This document shows, piece by piece, positions 17,859 through 20,456 of a stretch of 20,456 nucleotides of DNA. The position numbers and the translations under genes are program-made. Positions within the stretch are counted from its first letter, which is position 1; each line of letters starts with the position of its first letter. The notes under the pieces are model-generated. The model was not told where the DNA came from. It searched no databases and saw only the letters and a list, made by a program, of their open reading frames with translations. Source of the stretch: an uncultured Nitrososphaerales archaeon (GTDB lineage: Archaea > Thermoproteota > Nitrososphaeria > Nitrososphaerales > Nitrososphaeraceae); contig CAVPXM010000059.1 of NCBI GenBank assembly GCA_963709405.1, positions 1 to 20,456 on the forward strand, read 5' to 3'.

Positions 17859-18623
17859 AAAATTTATAATGATAATCCAAAGATATAGAAAGTCCTATTT
17901 CGCTAGAAAGTATCTTCGCCACATTTTCATAATCATTTCTTGTTGCTCCATCTTTCCTAAGAAATACAGAATCGGTGTCTGCATATACTAGCTCAAAACC
18001 CAATTGCTGTATGATGTCCTTTGTCTTTAACAATACTTCTCTTGCCAGCCTGTTGATCTCTTCAAAAGCAAAAACATTGCCAAATCTGTTCCATATAGGG
18101 CCGGTGGTGCCATACAGACAAACAAGTATTTTCTTTAGAGCTTCAATCCGCTGCTCACACCAAAATGCTTCTTCAATATTCTCTTTGGGAATTTTCTTCA
18201 GAGAGCTCCTTAAAGTAAGTTCTGCGTTTGAGCACCTATTCTACTACTCGTGGCAGCAATGCCTTCTCCTCTTCATTATCATCAGATCCTTTTACTGCTT
18301 TTCTCTGACTTGGTGTAGCAGCAGAGGTCGAAGAAATAACTGTCTCATAACTCAAATTATGTTTTACTATTAGATTTGCGTATTCGCTCTCATAATCTAA
18401 TACGACTACATTCTCATGCAGACCTATCTGAGGTGAAATTATCATGCCACCTTTATCATTCTCAACTATGTTTTCAACGGTTTTAATTTGCTCATGAGTT
18501 GCAGCATTTTTCTTATGAGGGATAACAAAGCCTCTTTGAAATAGCTCATAACAATTCCTGCTATCTATCAATCGACTTATTCCGTATTGAGATACAAGTC
18601 CCAATGGTAAGAAACTGAACCGT
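17859..18623 (-). pseudogene. polB: Family B DNA polymerase internal fragment (PolB2-like)
   Basis: Motif A GGMIISPQIGLHENVVVLDYESEYANLI, motif B EQRIEALKKILVCLYG and motif C LVYADTDSVF (YADTDS at 17968-17985). There is a TAG at 18236-18238, a frameshift at ~18202, and truncation exactly at the IS1595 end. Confidence 0.88.
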
Positions 18624-18778
18624 TCCTGTCTGTCTACAAATTTCGCCTACTCTAGTTGATTCTCTTCTTGACCTTTGATGTATTACAACTATACTTTTTT
18701 TCCCTGCGTATTATAAACTAAAAATTGAATAGGATTAGCCATGAGTAAATCAAACTTGACGGAAATGGAGAAAGAAAT

Positions 18779-19020
18779 ATGCCAACAATAGTGCACTTTG
18801 AAATTCCTTCGGATGACATCGAAAGATCAAAAAAGTTCTATAATGAATTGTTTGGATGGAAAATAGAAAAATTGGCTAGTGCAGATAATAGCCAGTTGAC
18901 CTCGGCGCAGATGGTCAGCCAATGGAATATTGGATGGTGACAACAATAGATGATAAAGGAAATAAAGCATTAGGTGGTGGAATGATGAAAAGACAAATGC
19001 CAGACTTTCATACTCTGTAA
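18779..19020 (+). pseudogene. VOC/glyoxalase-bleomycin-resistance family protein, frameshifted and C-terminally truncated
   Basis: MPTIVHFEIPSDDIERSKKFYNELFGWKIE, then in a shifted frame MEYWMVTT...GGGMMKRQMP. The second half of the fold is absent. Confidence 0.82.
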
Positions 19021-19062
19021 CAAAAAGGGACTGATCTCCTTACATATATACTATGACAGTTA

Positions 19063-19441
19063 ATGAGTACAAATGAGACAGGAGAGACCATGAATCCTGA
19101 GAGAGACGGTATCAATCCAACTGCAAAACCGACCGGTACAGGTTGCGTCGAGTGTTTGACAACGGGTGAGTGGTGGCTACACCTCCGCCGATGCGCCGAA
19201 TGCGGGCACATCGGCTGCTGCGATAACTCGCCAAACCAACATGCCTCAAAGCACAACGCGACTACCGGTCATCCGATTATCACGAGCTTCGAGCACGGAG
19301 AGGATTGGTTCTACGACTACCGCACAGGAGAGTTCTTTGCAGGGCCTAAGCTACCCGGTCCCCATGGCCACCCCTAATCAGCCCGTACCTGGACCGGCTG
19401 GACGGGTGCCCATAGAGTGGCAATCACTCCTCCATGAATAA
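19063..19441 (+). CDS. UBP-type zinc finger domain protein (frameshift near 19375)
   Basis: GCVECL...WLHLRRCAECGHIGCCDNSPNQHASKH...GHPIITSFEHGEDWFYDY. The tail NQPVPGPAGRVPIEWQSLLHE* is in the next frame. Confidence 0.85.
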
Positions 19442-19504
19442 AGTGCAACTTGCATCCAAGCGGGGCTTGGGAGCGATGCGCCAGATGTTCCCCCTGACTT
19501 TCCT

Positions 19505-19590
19505 GTGCGCGCTTCTGGTGATACGAGAAACCTTGCCAAAGGCACAATGTCTTTGATCTCGCCAAGCTTGCCCGTTGATGCTCTGACCCT
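19505..19590 (-). pseudogene. Possible short-chain dehydrogenase C-terminal fragment
   Basis: GKLGEIKDIVPLARFLVSPEAR resembles the SDR GRxGxxxDIxxxxxFLxS motif, but the match is very short. Confidence 0.4.
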
Positions 19591-19924
19591 TAAAATATTC
19601 CTTCGGGTCAGGATATACCTCATCTAAAACAGATTCTAATGAAATGAACTGGTTGTATTGGAATGCCGGAAGGCATAGTAAGGATGGTCACTGCCTAAGA
19701 GCAAAGACATCGATGAATCCAAGATTTACTTGTCTTTTCTCTACATGTGTAGGAGTTGAAGGGCTTACAGGTTTTTCTGTCCTTTCCCTCGACATATCCT
19801 CTGATTTTTGTTTGTTTGTTTGTTTGTATTATTCTACATGGTGTTGGTGAACAAGCTGGTCATAGAATCTAACCGACTTGATATTGACAAACTCTAGCAT
19901 ACCATACCAAATTCCTCGTGCCTC

Positions 19925-20305
19925 ATGAGCTCTGGATTCCGCGTTCATTTCTGGAGCACCTCTTATCAATAATGCTCTGATTCTGTTTGCTTTATAGAAC
20001 ACTATGCCAATTTCTCTAAAAAGCTTACTTTATCAAGATGTTTGCCCGAGTGACTTTCCAGCAAGGCTACAGAGCATGTTTTGATCTTCAGCTGCCAGAT
20101 TAACTCCAAACTCCTTAGACGCCTTGATGTTTTCGGCTGTCGCATCCATGCTACGAATATTTACAGCAATTAGACTTGGGCTATAAGATATGTGATGTGT
20201 CCATTACATTGCCATTACATTAGGACCATAAGGCCCATCACTTGTAATTAGCCCTACATTTGTCAAAAATTGCCTAGTACGTCTATCATTCCAAGAAAGA
20301 TCGAT
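19925..20305 (-). pseudogene. Flavin reductase-like (DIM6/NTAB) protein remnant
   Basis: FLTNVGLITSDGPYGPNVMAM*WTHHISYSPSLIAVNI...TAENIKASKEFGVNLAAEDQ, with an in-frame TAA, a lost start (ATC) and further frameshifts downstream. Confidence 0.82.
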
Positions 20306-20456
20306 ATCTGTGAAATTATTAATTATAAATATATACTAACGCCTCTAGCAAAATAAGATAAATAATTACTTTTGTTATAGTAGGCATTAATATAATTCGC
20401 ATCTATCTTCGCACTGCCTGTTTGTGCATTGTCGTGCTTTGTCGCACGATTCATTA

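Noticed and set aside
17859-18623. Casposon or CRISPR-associated transposon linking polB, the array and the transposases
   Set aside because: No cas1, Cascade, Cas12k or Tns genes are present, there are no enclosing terminal repeats, and the parts are separated by unrelated IS junctions.
20201-20221. Direct repeat CCATTACATT x2 (and the TTTG run near 19807-19826)
   Set aside because: Short local duplication or microsatellite within decayed sequence, with no array structure.

Overview
AT-rich archaeal DNA whose gene content (lineage-typical histidine kinase, two-domain multicopper oxidase, roadblock-like and secreted His-motif proteins) suggests a soil ammonia-oxidising archaeon of the Nitrososphaeraceae (inference). 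It is an accessory, IS-rich region: an intact IS5 element with TAA duplication, an internally deleted IS481 derivative, a truncated IS5, an IS903-like IS5, an IS6 remnant and an IS1595. Host-like content includes a probable metal/copper cluster (multicopper oxidase with fused cupredoxin, membrane protein, double wHTH regulator, anchored Ig-like protein), a ~1040-aa membrane histidine kinase split by three frameshifts, and many remnants (aquaporin, RHH protein, SWIM, family-B polymerase, VOC, flavin reductase). The most notable elements missing from the ORF track are an orphan CRISPR mini-array (10926-11077) with IS5 ends at the same TAA of the repeat in two places, and a 45-aa zinc-ribbon/His-Cys-tail peptide just upstream. 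Many frameshifts are single-base gains and may be sequencing errors.
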